DNA of 64,000 nucleotides from Psammoneis japonica (GCA_008632985.1 QPGO01000067.1:1-64000); one strand, 5' to 3'. Counted from the first letter of the stretch, positions 25,701-38,300 are shown. The notes: generated by a model not told the origin, from the sequence alone. Numbers and translations: made by a program.

Positions 25701-26409
25701 TGCAGCGCAGACGGGTACGCGGCAATCAGTGAGGCGCTTGGGTAGGTCTCCGGAGTTAGCCACATGCTTTATGCGTGAAAATGGCAAGTGTCCGAGTCGG
25801 TAGTGCCAAAGTAGTAGTTCGTTGGTAGGAGTCAGGTCGTCTGGGAATGTTTGGTCCTCGACGACTGGTGCGCCAAAGTTCGTATCCGAGAAGTCCACCG
25901 TGTTGGGTGTCGTGGCTTCTGGTGTAGCCGCAGTTGAGTTTGTAGGCGTTGTAGCAGCTGTTGAGTTGCTGTTATCGACGGCTTCGTTGAACGTGTGACG
26001 TGCAGTTGGTGCAGTGGTCTGTTCTTCAGGTAAGTCTTCAGGTTCGGGTTCGATGATGTGTGCATTTTGGAATGCTTTAGGTTCTCGTGCTTGCGAGTTG
26101 TACTCACGCTCAAATTCGTTGTGCTTGTCATAGGATGGAGCGGAGCGGAAGACTGGTACATTTGCCTTGGAGAGCGGCATAGTGCGAGAGCATTTCTCGT
26201 CTTGCCATCGAAGTGTCGTTCGATCGTGAAGTGTCTTTTCATACGTACCATCCGGATTGTTGGAAATTGGTGCGAGTACTTGTGCCAAGTGTTGTGGCGA
26301 GAGAAGACGAATTGGAAGCGCAGGTACGTAGTACGTGTTCGGTATGATGAATTCGTGTGGCAAGCCATCGTCGTCCTCAACCTTCCATTTAACTTTGCCC
26401 TTGAAGGTC
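22746..26409 (-). pseudogene. pol: Copia C pol, 3' part (end of protease, GAG-pre-integrase, integrase, RT, RNase H)
   Basis: LWHYRLGH..CAAC; FVDHYS; ADNGRF; QNGRAEKRIR; WSMKRKR..KSRL; VCTDD (YxDD position); CVDADF; EDNSAA; ADIFTK. Confidence 0.95.
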
Positions 26410-26519
26410 AAAGAAAGACAAAATTCTATATTTTAAGTGCTGCTCGAACTCCACTCGCCACTAGCTCCAAGCCGGCCCACACTCCCAGTACACCGAAGTG
26501 CGGCAGAAGTAGTTGTGGA

Positions 26520-29500
26520 TTAGCCGACCGCGGCGTCACGAGATTGTGACGCCCATCCAAAGCAGCTGAGAATGGTCCGAGCACCGCGCACGGCAAGTCG
26601 TTTTGCCTCTCTCATGCTTGTTTTAAAAAGTGATTTGTTCGTAGCCAACCAGTTGTGAATCTGATGAGTCGACTGGTTTAGGTGCTCTTCAACCGTGTCG
26701 AATAAATAATGCCGATCCTTTGCCAAATGTTCATTCTGTCGTTCGTGTGTCAACCTGAGTTCAGCCTCAGCAAGTCTGCGCTGTGCAGACTTCCACGTTT
26801 CTTTGTCGTGTCCGTGAAGAGCCTTGTTGTGGTCATCCCATAAAGCCCACCATTCTTTCCACACAAAAGAACCAATGCTGGTCACCCAATCACGTCTGCG
26901 TTTGTTAGTGTTACCTTCATCTGACCTCACGCGACGCTCAAGCACGTGAAACCGTTGGAGCTCATTCCACAGATGCGAAAAACGACCGTTGAAAATCTGT
27001 CGCCATCCGACAGCCTGTTGCGAAGCAGCCACTTGGCGCACACGGGGATGAATCGAATCAACATTGAGAACTTCCTCATTGAACCACGCTTCCAATCCTT
27101 GCAACAACAGATCCCTCAAAGGAGGCATCGTGTCTAATTCGTCACAGCGCCGACGCAAGCCTTGTAAAAATTTCCGATGCCACTGTGCCTGTCTCGGGCA
27201 CCGAAGGATGTGGTCTCGATCCTCCACAGGATGCTGACAGTGGAGACAACAGTCCGATCGCGCAGGATCACATCGATGTGCAATCTCATTTGCAGGCAAA
27301 ATGTCCTGAACCAATTTAACGGTTCCAACTCTGTGTTTGACATGACAATGCATTAAAGTTGCGTGCGTCTTCCAGTCGACTTGGTTGAAGACCTCTTCAG
27401 ACCAAGAGTGCTTTTGCTTCATGTGCTCAACCAGCGCAGGAGATGCTGCTGCACATCGAATCTGGCTCTTGAAATTGGACGCAACAGTTCCTTTCTCGAG
27501 AAGAAAATTGGCAGCGCAATGAGGTGAGCGTGGCACAGTTTCAGTGTCACCAAAACATTTACCCTGGAATGCTCCAGCCAAGTGATCGGCCCGAACGTTC
27601 AACCGCGCATTAAGAGGAAGTCGGGAAAGCGGAGCATGGCGATCCTGGTGTCCTTCAACCCATTCAACGGCAATGAAAGTGCCACTCTTGTCTTGTACCC
27701 GGTGTTCCTTTGTGTCAAGAAAAGCATGAAGAATTTCGTTCACGACATCCCAATCCGGAGACAATGTGTGCGAGACATGATGACGAAGAAGGAAATCCGT
27801 TTGGCTGTCCAAGGAGCATTCCTCACACTCAACGGGAGGAGGGGTGTTGAGATTTTGTACTGTGTTCACGAGGGAGCTGTTGTCACACACAGACAAAAAG
27901 CCTTGCAAGAAAACCGCATCGCAAAATTCCATCAGCCGAAGCATGAATCGAGACACAGACAATGGACCACGTGCTTCCGCTCGGCACGAAGCAGGGCGTT
28001 TCCCAAAAACTGGTCCAGAACAATCAACCAAAATGACTCCTTCAATCGTGAGTGTCCAACCAAAGGTGGCAGACTCGTGTGTGACGGAGCCGTCGCTGCC
28101 TGTTTTTCCAATCGCAGTGCGAAGAAAATCAGCAATCTCAAACACGGAGCGGTGCAGGGCAATAAAATCGAAGAGGGATGCCTCCCATTTTGGCAGAGAA
28201 CCGAGGAATGACTCAAAGTCAGATGCACTTGGAAGAGCAAACGGAGCATCAAATCCCACTCGCTGAAAGGAGAATGTCCAATGTCCAGCATCGGTGGAAT
28301 CAACGGAGACAGGAACAGCAGCAGAAGAAGGATGGGGAACCACTTCCAACGCACCCACCGAGTCAGCGCTCACATTGGACACCGGAAAAATTTCAAAACC
28401 CAAGGGTGATCGAATGTAAAGGAACTGTTCAGTTGAAGAGAAATGCGCCGATGCCTGCATCCGCATTTGGTCCACTGGGACAACCCAATCCCCTGAAGGC
28501 TCCCGTAAGTCGCAGTCATCTGAATTGCAGAAAAGAAGGCACGCGCGTCGCCATTGTTTCCAGGCGGCTGGGGACGGATTTTCCTGGTCAACGAAATTAA
28601 TCTGGCAGGTGCTGCTGGCCAGGGATGGTTGTCCCAGCACTTTAGATTCATCGAGACTGAGGCCATCAGGAAGCGTAATGTCAGAAAGCGTGAGAACCTG
28701 AAGAAACAGACGGCAACAATTTGCCAAGCATGCTTGACGATCAGTGAATGTTCCGGACTCCAGGACCGCGTCCATAATGTGTTGGTCGTTGTTGCGCTGA
28801 AGGGGAAGAACTCCACTCTGATCCAGCTCCATTCTACCATCAATTCGAGAGAGGAAGGACCGAAGTGACAATGGCCATTTTGATTCAGAATGGGGAAGAA
28901 CCGCAGTGACGTCATTGAGACAACTGATTCCTGTGCCCAGATGAAGTTGTGTCCACGAGACGGCAATGCGCAACAGTAAATTCGGCTGACCGTCACCTCG
29001 CCAGTGCTTAAGAAATTGGAGAGCTTGAGCCAAGCCTTGTTCCACATCTAGGGAGCGAAAACCACCGCCTCCCAACGAGCAAGGGCCGTGCAGAAGATCC
29101 CGTTTCGTGTTACGGTTGTAGCCACATTTGGCAAAAACAGCTCTCATAGATTTCCGTTGGATCTCAAGAAGTTGCTCAGGCGGGAAATGAGTGTTTGGGA
29201 GGACACAGGCAACAGACGGAAGACAGCTTGCATGACAACAAGTCCAGGCGTCGCTGCGGGTCATTGGACAGTTTCGAACAAGAGCACTCTTGGAGTCGCT
29301 CTTTTCTTTAAGCTTGGAGCATTGAGTCTTCTGGGTTCCAACCGGTGACTTGTGGTGTCCCAAGGTCTTATGAGCCGAACAAGCTGACAGCTGAGTGCTG
29401 CAACAGGAGGAGGATCTGTCCGCCGTGCATGTTTCCAATTCGAATTCATCATGACAAGGTTTCAGGTGCGGCTCACCATCGTCGGTGAAAAGCCACTCGA

Positions 29501-31360
29501 TGGCGTGGAACAAGCATTTCGGCAATTCAAGTTCGTGACCAGCAGCATTGAGAAGATCGCACCACAGTTGAGTGTCATGCTGCAGCTTCAATGCAAGATT
29601 GGCAGCCGAGGGTTGAGGAGATGCCCGAAAATCGTTTACCTGGGTAGATGCATCGTCAACGTAACCACGTGAGAACATGCGAAGCTGAATGGAACGGTCG
29701 GGAGATTCAAAGAACGCTCCACGCGCCTTCTGGTCAAACAAATCAAACAATGAATTGCAAATCTGGTTCCAACACTGGGGAGAATTGCCACTGCCTTGAC
29801 CGCTGCCATAAATCGGAAACTCAGCAGTGTGAGAGTACGAATCCTGGGCAAGTCCTGTTTCCGTTCGAAGCCAGTGTCGAGCCTCGTGGAGGGTTTCCGT
29901 GGCAGACGCCGTGACCTGCTTGTCCATGCCAAGGCTCCTGCTCTGAATGGCACACACAGCCGGAAGGTTCCGATCACAATACGAGGTGCAATCATTGTCT
30001 CCTGACATGAGAGTCTTCCGTCCAGTCCTTGACATCTCAAGCACAAGTTCTTCCAAAAACACCGGATCATTCGCACATTTGAATGCTCTCGTGCCACAGA
30101 TCCCTGGATTGTGCAGTCGTTCCTGTTCCATGTGTTGTGCCAAAGCTCGCCACTTGACACTGCAGATGAATTGAAAATCCGCCTCATAGACATGCACAAC
30201 ACGCAATCGGTGAATCTTGGTGTTTCCCGGTTCCTTGAAAATCATGACATTCACGACATCTTTCCAGCGGTCGCAGGAATGTCCCCACTTCAAAGTGCAG
30301 TTCAGCAAGTTCAAACGGACGTGGACAAGGTTAGTTTGGACTGCATCCAAGGCGTCCTTCTCAGGAGTGGGATCTCCGCCACCATGACGAGCAGACTCAA
30401 GAGCTCCTGGAGTCGCCAATGCGCAATCTCGAAAAATCCGTGTCTTTCGTGAGATGACACACAACGTCAGAGAGTTCAAAGCGCTGTGCCATCGATGAGA
30501 GAAGGTCGTTGTCATCAGCAAAATCTGTGTTGAAGTCTCCACAGATGATGACCTCCCGATCAGGGTCAGACAAGAAGGATTGAAGGATCTTTGACAAGTC
30601 CTGACAGAACGCTTTCCGTGGGTCGAGAGTGGAGGATTCTCTTTGCCTGAGTGGAGACACTTGTTGTGCAAAAGCAGTGGTTTCACCAGGGGAGTTTCGG
30701 TGTTTTGGACAAACCCGACAACAAGACATTGCCACAACTTGGCGTCCTCGCTTGCCATCAAACACTTGAAAGGACCACCGGCCAAGAGGATCAGATTCTT
30801 GAGATCGAAAACGACCAGCAATCGAGTTGCAAGATAAAAGAGCAGTGCCACCTGGCTTGCAGGGTGAAACAAAGGAGATGTCACTCGTCGAAAAAGTGGC
30901 TCGACCATGATGCAAAGAATTGCGCACCGTTTTCAAACAGGCAGACTTAATCGGATGCTGAGAAGTGTCCAAACAAGTTTCCGAGATGCCTGTCAGGTCC
31001 GCCTGGATCTCGTTAGCCACTTGACAGCACGAGTTAAAGTCACCACCTTGAGCGTCATACGACGTTCCGTTTGCATTGAAAGCATGTGAGCGCGTGTGNA
31101 TCCGGGAGTTTTTCCTGCAACAGGGAGCCAATGGCTTCATTGGAACGTAAATTAGAACAGTCAATGGTCCTTTGTTGTGAAGACACCCGTGAACGTCCGT
31201 CTAGAAGAGTGCGCCAAGCTTGAGAAGCTGACGATGTCGACACCTGTGTCGACTGAGTTGGATTGTGACAAGCCGATAAACGGCTGGGGGTGAGGCCGTG
31301 CTTCCGCGAAGGAAGACTGAGGACTAGACCCGGATGGAGAAGGCATCCTGTCTGCGTCAT
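26520..31360 (-). pseudogene. LINE ORF2 (AP endonuclease, RT, RNase H, zinc finger), frameshifted
   Basis: FNANG, GISET, PGGT, DPLGRWS, CGDFN (APE); IFKEPG..RLRVV, GSGQGSG.SP, GYVDD (RT); SDGS, RAEARG, CDN, WVEGHQD, LNVRADHLA (RNase H); CLHC..EDRDHILRC. Confidence 0.9.
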
Positions 31361-31393
31361 GAGAAAACAGCGGGTTAGACGACTGGGCCCACC

Positions 31394-33046
31394 TTACAGA
31401 AAATCCGAATCAGTTCGATTCAAGTCCTCCATGGCAGCATCGTTGGGAGGTTGTTCGGAGGAAGAGCCAGCGGGAACCGAAACTGCTGGGCGTTTGCGGT
31501 GCGGAGATTGACTGGACCCAGCAGACATGGCCACAAGAGACTCTTGAACAAGAGAGTGAACCTCATTAGATAAAGTTTCCAGTGAAGCCTGACAATGCTG
31601 CTCCAGACGCTCGATGCACTTTTCGTCATCCTGTTGAGATTGCAAGACGAGTTGCTTCAATTCGGCAACTTCTTGAGACGCAGAAGTGAGATCAGAGGCA
31701 GCAGGAGTGCCTGGAATGACCGTGCCAGGTGTGCTCCGGAGAACTTGCGCGAAGGTTTGAAATCCACCATGAATTCCCACAGCAGGCGGGATTGGAGCCG
31801 AAGGAGGAGGTTGTGGCTGTGCCGATGGATTGGTGAGAGAACCAGAAGGAGAAACATCAGAAATGTCAAGAGAAACCCAGCTCTGGACACTCGCAGATGT
31901 GATCGAATCTGCCGTGTCGGAAACATCATCAGTGACACCAGGGATCATCGGGCGGGGAGCGTTCACCAGAGGAACAACGTCGCCAGGGAGATCATTGATC
32001 CAGCCAGGTAACTGTTGAGAGATCTGCTGCTTAATTTGATGAAAATGAGTCTTGTCAACAAGAATGTTGTGCCGCGGAGTCTTGGCAAAACGTTTCGACG
32101 GAACAAAATCCAGTGCGCCGGGAACAGGGCTGATGTTGGCCGACAGGCAAAAGGCGACATTTTCCGGACAATGGAGCAAAGGAATAACGTGAGTTTTGGC
32201 AAGTGTTTTGCTCTGTTTGCGCACTGCTTTGTCGAATTCGTCAGGGTGAGAATGACGCCACCGGGAAAAAACAAGGACCAATGGATGCGTTTTTAGAACT
32301 TCCAACAATGCCGTGATCATGTCTTTGGCATGCTGCCGCGGAGTTTCAACAGCATAAAATGTTGCACGGATGGAAGGATCTTTGGGAGACTCAACGGAGT
32401 GAGGTGTCAATCGGAAGTGAAGTTTGGACTTGGCACGAGGAGAGAGTGACTCCAACAACTTTTTCACAGCAAGGTCAGCCGGACAGTGTTTCGGGAGATG
32501 ATCCATGAGGAGAGCAACGTGAGACAAGTCGACAATCGTCTCATCCCATTCATGACGCCGCATGAAAATGCCATTGTCTTTCAAAACTTTGTTGACGAAT
32601 GGAATGTTCCAGACATCTGACAAGGACAAGGAAGTGCGGATGCGATGGGCAACAACAAAGGTGGGGGGATGACGACGAGAGCCGCTGATGCGATGCACGA
32701 CAAAATGTTGTGAGTGAATGAGACCAGAAGTCCATTCAACCACGTTGACATCAGAAAGGCATTTGCCTCGGTTCGACATGATGGACACCTTGTTCACCAA
32801 TGGGTCTTGGGAGGCAGTCTGCTGTAAGGCATGAAGAACAGTCGTGTGCCCCATGGCGAGAACCGTGGTGGCGTTGTCTTCAGAAGAGGCAAGTTCAAAA
32901 CGAAGGGTGATCTCTTTCAGATCGGCACTTTCGGGACGGCCGGAACCAGTCCTAGTGGGAGTGAATGGAGCATTGTCCATGCCGGAGGGAGGATGAGGGT
33001 TGTGCTCACTGGTGGGGCCAGCCAGCGGCGGCAGAGGGGTCGTCAT
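31394..33046 (-). CDS. LINE ORF1 (550 aa, C-terminal coiled coil), Tyr-depleted and probably dead
   Basis: ATG at 33046, 75 nt inside the 5' end; open frame ends just before ORF2. Confidence 0.7.
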   Translation of the reverse strand: MTTPLPPLAGPTSEHNPHPPSGMDNAPFTPTRTGSGRPESADLKEITLRFELASSEDNATTVLAMGHTTVLHALQQTASQDPLVNKVSIMSNRGKCLSDVNVVEWTSGLIHSQHFVVHRISGSRRHPPTFVVAHRIRTSLSLSDVWNIPFVNKVLKDNGIFMRRHEWDETIVDLSHVALLMDHLPKHCPADLAVKKLLESLSPRAKSKLHFRLTPHSVESPKDPSIRATFYAVETPRQHAKDMITALLEVLKTHPLVLVFSRWRHSHPDEFDKAVRKQSKTLAKTHVIPLLHCPENVAFCLSANISPVPGALDFVPSKRFAKTPRHNILVDKTHFHQIKQQISQQLPGWINDLPGDVVPLVNAPRPMIPGVTDDVSDTADSITSASVQSWVSLDISDVSPSGSLTNPSAQPQPPPSAPIPPAVGIHGGFQTFAQVLRSTPGTVIPGTPAASDLTSASQEVAELKQLVLQSQQDDEKCIERLEQHCQASLETLSNEVHSLVQESLVAMSAGSSQSPHRKRPAVSVPAGSSSEQPPNDAAMEDLNRTDSDFL

Positions 33047-33140
33047 GGCGACGGCTGCTTGGTGCACAAAACGCGTAGAATTCCACGTAGAACTCACTAA
33101 TGTGTGCTTACGTAGAAAAGTAACTTTGCCCTTGAAGGTC

Positions 33141-35059
33141 GATTTGGCGTTGCCACTTGCAGCTTCCACGACAACGTTGACCTCAGTTGGTGGTTCAATG
33201 AAGTCGTCTTTGTTGTTGGTCATGCAGCAGGAGGCATGGTTGTCAACTCCGAGGTTGAACGAGTCTGTGTCGAAGTTGTGATCGTGTTGATCATTGCAGT
33301 TACAGCCATGGGAGCATGATGCAGTGTGGCATGAGGCGTGCTGCGATTTGAATCGTGTGAGTCGGCAAGTGGCTTTGTTGCACATGATGAAATGTCGGCG
33401 TTTTCGTCGGATGTGACGCATGTTGGTCTTGAGATGGTTTGGTTTCCTTGGTGGTCTACGACTTCTCAGGAGACATTCCGTCATTCGTCGTAACCAGGAA
33501 CGCAGGAGTGGAAAGGAGCAGAGCCAGTTCAGCAGTTCCACCATCGCGCAGCAGATCATGTTGAGCGCACAGAAGAATGGCAGGAAGACTGTGCATGCAC
33601 CACAGAACAGCCACAGCCGTAAGTGCAGCTTGACTTGTAATGCGGTGCTGGCGAGCACTCACTCTTGATCCGATACGTCGTGTACGCCAACGTTTGCCAT
33701 AGAGGCAGTTAGGTCAGATTCGGCCTTGTTCTTGACGGTGGTGCAGTCCTTGGTGAGGTGAGCAGACCAATGCTCGTGATGTTTGCACCATTTGCAGGGT
33801 TTGCCCTCAACAGTCTTGGTGTGTGATTGTCCGTCTTTAGGAGCCGTGTTGCGCCAGGCTAGCTTTCCGTAGAAGAGTTGTTTCTTGCATCCGTTAGGTA
33901 GGATCTTGAACTTCTGGCGCTTGTTGTGATTGTTGGAACCCGATTCTTTTGTTTTGTTGCTCTTGGTGGAGCTCTGAGCATTCCTGTTTCCGCTGCTGGC
34001 AGAGTGTGGAGCGTTGCGAGCTTTGTTGTCGCGCAGAGTCTTCACTTTGGCTTGTAGAGCTACGATGGTTTCTTGCTCTTTCGTTGGTGCCATCCACTTT
34101 TCAGATTCGATGAGGATCTTGTGCTTGTTTTCAGCCTTGAGCATGAGAGCATGTACGTCAAGATCTGATCCATCTTCGTAGTCACTCTTGCACTTCTTGA
34201 TGGATTCGATGAATTCTGAGTCGGTGCACGTGAGGCAAGCCTTGAATGCGTTGTTCAGCAGGTCGGAACCAGTGTGGCCGTGAGTGGCAAGTTTCTTTTC
34301 CAAGGATTTGACGTGGTTGTTGAAAGTCTTGATGTTTTGACCGTCAACTGCAGCCATGCAAGCATCCAGGTTGCCCATTTGGTCACGGATTGCCGAGACA
34401 GCAGCCCTTGTGTCGACTTGAGCCTTGGATGGAAGAGCTTTGAGGCAGGCTGCGCCGCATTCCTCATCTCCAACAGTGCACTGAGCCTTTTCTTCCGTTG
34501 CCATGATGGTCTTGGAGGCCTTGTCTAGGGTGCTCTGGAGACATGCGAGAAGCTGGCAGTTGTTCTGCGCGTTGCGTTGCGCTAGATTGAGGCAAGTGGC
34601 AGATGCGGTGCGAATTTGTTCAGCTGAGATTTGTCCACACTCAGTGAGCATGTCCTTGTTCTCGACTGGCAAAGCAGGAACTGCACCATGGTTGATGTTG
34701 ATTGTGAGGACTTTGTTCCAACCATTGGTTTTGGAACGGACCGCGAGTTCTTCGAGGAAGACTGGGATGTTGGGCGATTCAAGACTGAACTGGGTGTCCA
34801 ACGGCTTGGTCGCGTCTACGAAAACGAGCGTGTCACCTTTCTTGGTGTAGTCCAAAACGTCTGCACGGGCCAGTGCTGGTGACTTGGCAAAAGGTCCTGG
34901 AGCAGCTGCTGCTGGTGGTGCAGGCATGTTGTTCACAATCGGCTGGACAGCCGCCTGGACAGCTTGTGCGATGGCGTTAGCGAGCGCGTCAGCGTCCGCC
35001 ACAATGAGGTCTTGAAGTTCCTGAGCACGTCTTTGTGCTCCTCTTGTTAAATGGCACAT
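33141..35059 (-). pseudogene. gag: Copia C gag (33659-35059) followed in the same frame by a linker and the protease N-terminus
   Basis: WCKHHEHWSAH-x4-C knuckle; FDTDS..GVDNHASCCM..DDF protease motif. Confidence 0.85.
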
Positions 35060-35379
35060 CTTGTTGGTTCGGAGAGAACGTTGCTGGTTCGATTAAGAAC
35101 ACTTTATCGCAGAGGAAGCGTGTGAGCTGATGGTTTAATTAGAACTAAGTTGACAACTGGCCTTGTGATGAACACAGATGAACTGGTTGTGATTGCTTTG
35201 AATTTCGAAAAGGTGAGAAGACGAACGTCTCAACAAGTGTTTTCCGACAAGTGTTTGAGATGTCTTCAACAATTTGGGGGCCGTACGTGCAAACAATTTG
35301 GGGCCATAGAAATCGAATGTTGACAATCGGATGTCGCAGATGTCGCGAGGCATGAATGGACGTCAACAGTCACACCCAG

Positions 35380-38300
35380 CACTCACTGTTCTCTGTTTTT
35401 TTTTTTTTTTTTGTGAGAGGAGAAGAAACAAGTGCGGAAGCAAAAAATCAAAAACACACGCAATGCATGGGGTTCATGCAGTGTGTGTTTCTGAAAGCGC
35501 ATGTGGAATGATGCAGAGGAATCAGTGTGAGAAAATCTTTGGTGTCAACAAAGATGCATGCAGAAAAAAGAAAAAAAAAGCGCGTGTAGAATGACACAGA
35601 GGAGTTGGCACAAGAAATCTTTGGTGTCAACAAAGATGCATGCAGGCTTTGACTTTCTCGTTGTTGGACTCGGATTTGCTGCCAATCGCAGTGAACGAAA
35701 CCACGTCAGTGCCATCGTCTTCAGCATGCTCTGTTGTGATTGGTTCAACATGATGTGAGTTCTCCATTTGTCCACGGAAGCAAGAATTTTGGCATCACCA
35801 AAGTTCCCAACTAACCCAGGAAGCCTTGGGAAAGTCAGGCCACTCCCAAAATGATGCACTGCTGTCCACTGCTCTCTGTTGTTCTGCAAGAATCAGTTGC
35901 ATGGCACTGCACAAACTCCAGGCCTGCAGGTTGTCACTGAAGCTGGCATCGTCCATGCCCCTGCTTCGAGCAGTGGTCCCACCACCCCGCACACCATCCA
36001 CGCTGGCAAATCAAAGAAGCTCTTCGTCCTTGCCTTCTGTTGCTTCTTGGGTTTGTCCAAGCTCTGGCAAGTCAGAGAGAGCATGTTTGGCATCGGCTCA
36101 GGCACTCCATCTCCATCGACATGATCCTTGGTTTCTTCATCAAAATTGTCCAACAGCAGATGCAGCCCAAGACTCAAACTCCCCTGATCATCATCATTCT
36201 TCAGAGGGTCAATGAAGCCACTGTCGTCACATTGGAAAGGCAAAGGGATGAGTGTCAGGCACTTGTGCTGCTCATCCTCTTCCTGTGAATCCAGGCAATT
36301 GATGCAAGCTTGTCTCCCTTTCTTCAAGGCTTGACACTTGGGGTGGTTCTCATCAAATCCAGGAACACCTTCATGCTCAAAAAGAAGAATGTCAGGGTTG
36401 ATTGCGTCAGCCCCGGTCGGCAGCAGAGCTTGAATTCTCACAGAACGACTGCCTTTCACGATCTTGGCTTCCACATGATGGCTCTTGACACAGCAACGTG
36501 ATTGACACCATTGTCTGGGTCCATCCATGCAAGAACAGAGGTCGTGAATGCCTTGTCATGTGAACTCTGAAGTGCGATGAAACCTGCAGATTCTTTTGCA
36601 CTTCAGATGCCAAGACATCATCCGTGCTGCCGGAGTTGCTGGCATTCTCCTTCTTCTTGCCACTGGCAGGGACTTGGGCAGGAGGCTTGGATGGTGCTTT
36701 CTTGGTGGCAGCCTTCTTCTTGGCACTTGTCTTCACCATGGTGTCTTTGTCTTTGTCTCCTCTGGCAGGAGTGTCAACGTCTTCTTCATCATCTTCCTCC
36801 TTCTCGACTGCCTCTTCTTCTGCCACACCCACTTCCTCCACAATGTCCTCATCTTCTTCTTCTCCTTTGGTGTCTTCTGCCTTTTGCTTTCCGGTTTTGC
36901 CCTTGTCAGACTTGCACTTTGCTGTCAACATTGCAAAATGCATGGGTCATGATTCAACAATGCTGCAAAACAACATCAACACATTGCAACGACATAAAAA
37001 GAAACACACATCTGCTGACACCATCTTTTCCCAGCTTTACAAAATTCTCACAGGTGCGGCTCGTCTGTGTCCACCAATGGCTTTGTCCAAGTTGGAGTTC
37101 TTTTGTGGCCTCCAAGGTTTTTGTGCAAGAAAAGACGAACCATTCATTTGCCTGGAATTTTTCTTTGACGCAGGCAGGGTGCATCTGCGTTGGAGGGATC
37201 CCAGCCATGCAAGTGCTTGGCACACTCTTGAGCTTGTTGTTTCTTCCAGCGGGGTGCTTTTGATGACTGCTCAACGTTTTGGTGTGCTTCTTTTTCTTGG
37301 AGAGCACTGGCACACCATTTTGCATGTTGTGTGTGCAACATTTGTGTGTTCATTGCAATTTTGGGTGATGTTCAACTTTTGAATTCCGGCCAGAATTCTA
37401 AAAATGTCTGTTCATGATTTCCTGCCACTTTGATGCAAGCGATCACCTCGAGAGAGGGAACTGCAAAGAAGCCCATGGCAACATGCAAAAGAAGGACATC
37501 AGAGGTGCACAAAAAAATGGGCAAATCAAATGCAACGCTTCCATGTGAGATGTCACTGTCATCCAAACAGGCCAGAAAACCACTTGCCTGCCCTGTGCTT
37601 GCATGTGCCATTCATGCAGATCTCTTGTGTGTTGCCATGCACTTCTTCGTGACATCCTCTTTCCTTGCCATTGCTCGCATCAAAGTGGTTGGAAATCGCA
37701 ACAAAAAATGCCGGCCAAATTGGCCAGAAAATGACCAGCATTAAAATGCAGAAATTGGTGTGTGAAGCAATGTGATTGATGCATTTGAAAATGCACAGTC
37801 TCATCCACCATGCTGTGGGCAGGGAGGTGGGGCCATGGGGCAACAGCATTTGAGTGCATCTTTCTGTGTGCATTCCGCACTGGAATGCTGCATGTGAGGC
37901 CGGTGTGCTGACCTGCAGCACCCAGCAACACAGTGGCGCCACCACTCTCAATCAACAAGAAATCGAGACATGACACGAGTGAAACACAAAGCAGAGATCG
38001 GTTGGTGCCAAATGCCAGCACTGTTGTTGTTCTGTGTCATTCGCAGACCTGCAACACATCTGAGATGATCATGCAAATTGTTCATGCCAGCGTCATTGTT
38101 CTGCCACAGTTGACTCTGCAGATTGTAAGACAACAAATCAAGGGAAGTCCAGGAAGTCATTTCATTTGTTCAAGTTCAAGAAGGCAGGACTGCAACATGA
38201 GGTCTGCACAAATGTTCTCACTGGCATTTTGTGTGGATTCATGGACCTTTTTCTCCCAGAGATTGGCCAGATCTTGCCATCTTCCAACACAGTCTGAAGC

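Larger units (their letters stand above)
26410..33120 (-). mobile_element. Full-length non-LTR retrotransposon (APE + RT + RNase H + CCHC; possibly Ambal-like), 20-bp TSD
   Basis: TAACTTTGCCCTTGAAGGTC at 26390-26409 and 33121-33140. The Copia protease frame (..STFKGKV|KWKVEDDDG) rejoins across the insertion. Confidence 0.93.
22470..35374 (-). mobile_element. Ty1/Copia (CoDi-like) LTR retrotransposon C, 254-bp LTRs (22470-22723, 35121-35374), 5-bp TSD CCCAG, interrupted by a LINE
   Basis: TG..CA LTRs; CCCAG at 22465-22469 and 35375-35379; PPT ctccctc at 22724; PR-INT-RT-RH order. Confidence 0.96.

Noticed and set aside
31090..31110. Programmed frameshift at the start of LINE ORF2
   Set aside because: An ambiguous base (N at 31099) makes the frame unreliable here.
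31394..33658. 754-aa ORF as one protein
   Set aside because: A chance in-frame fusion of the Copia linker/protease with the LINE 5' UTR and ORF1 across the TSD.
22746..35059. Alternative genetic code (Cys/His codons read as Tyr)
   Set aside because: Neighbouring genes use TAT/TAC normally, and non-coding LTRs show the same DNA change.
11814..35374. ADAR-type RNA editing or RT error as the cause
   Set aside because: Both strands are hit, paired LTRs differ reciprocally, and an intron-containing DNA duplicate is affected.
35530..35645. Repeated aaatctttggtgtcaacaaagatgcatgcag
   Set aside because: A short local duplication in decayed sequence with no assignable function.
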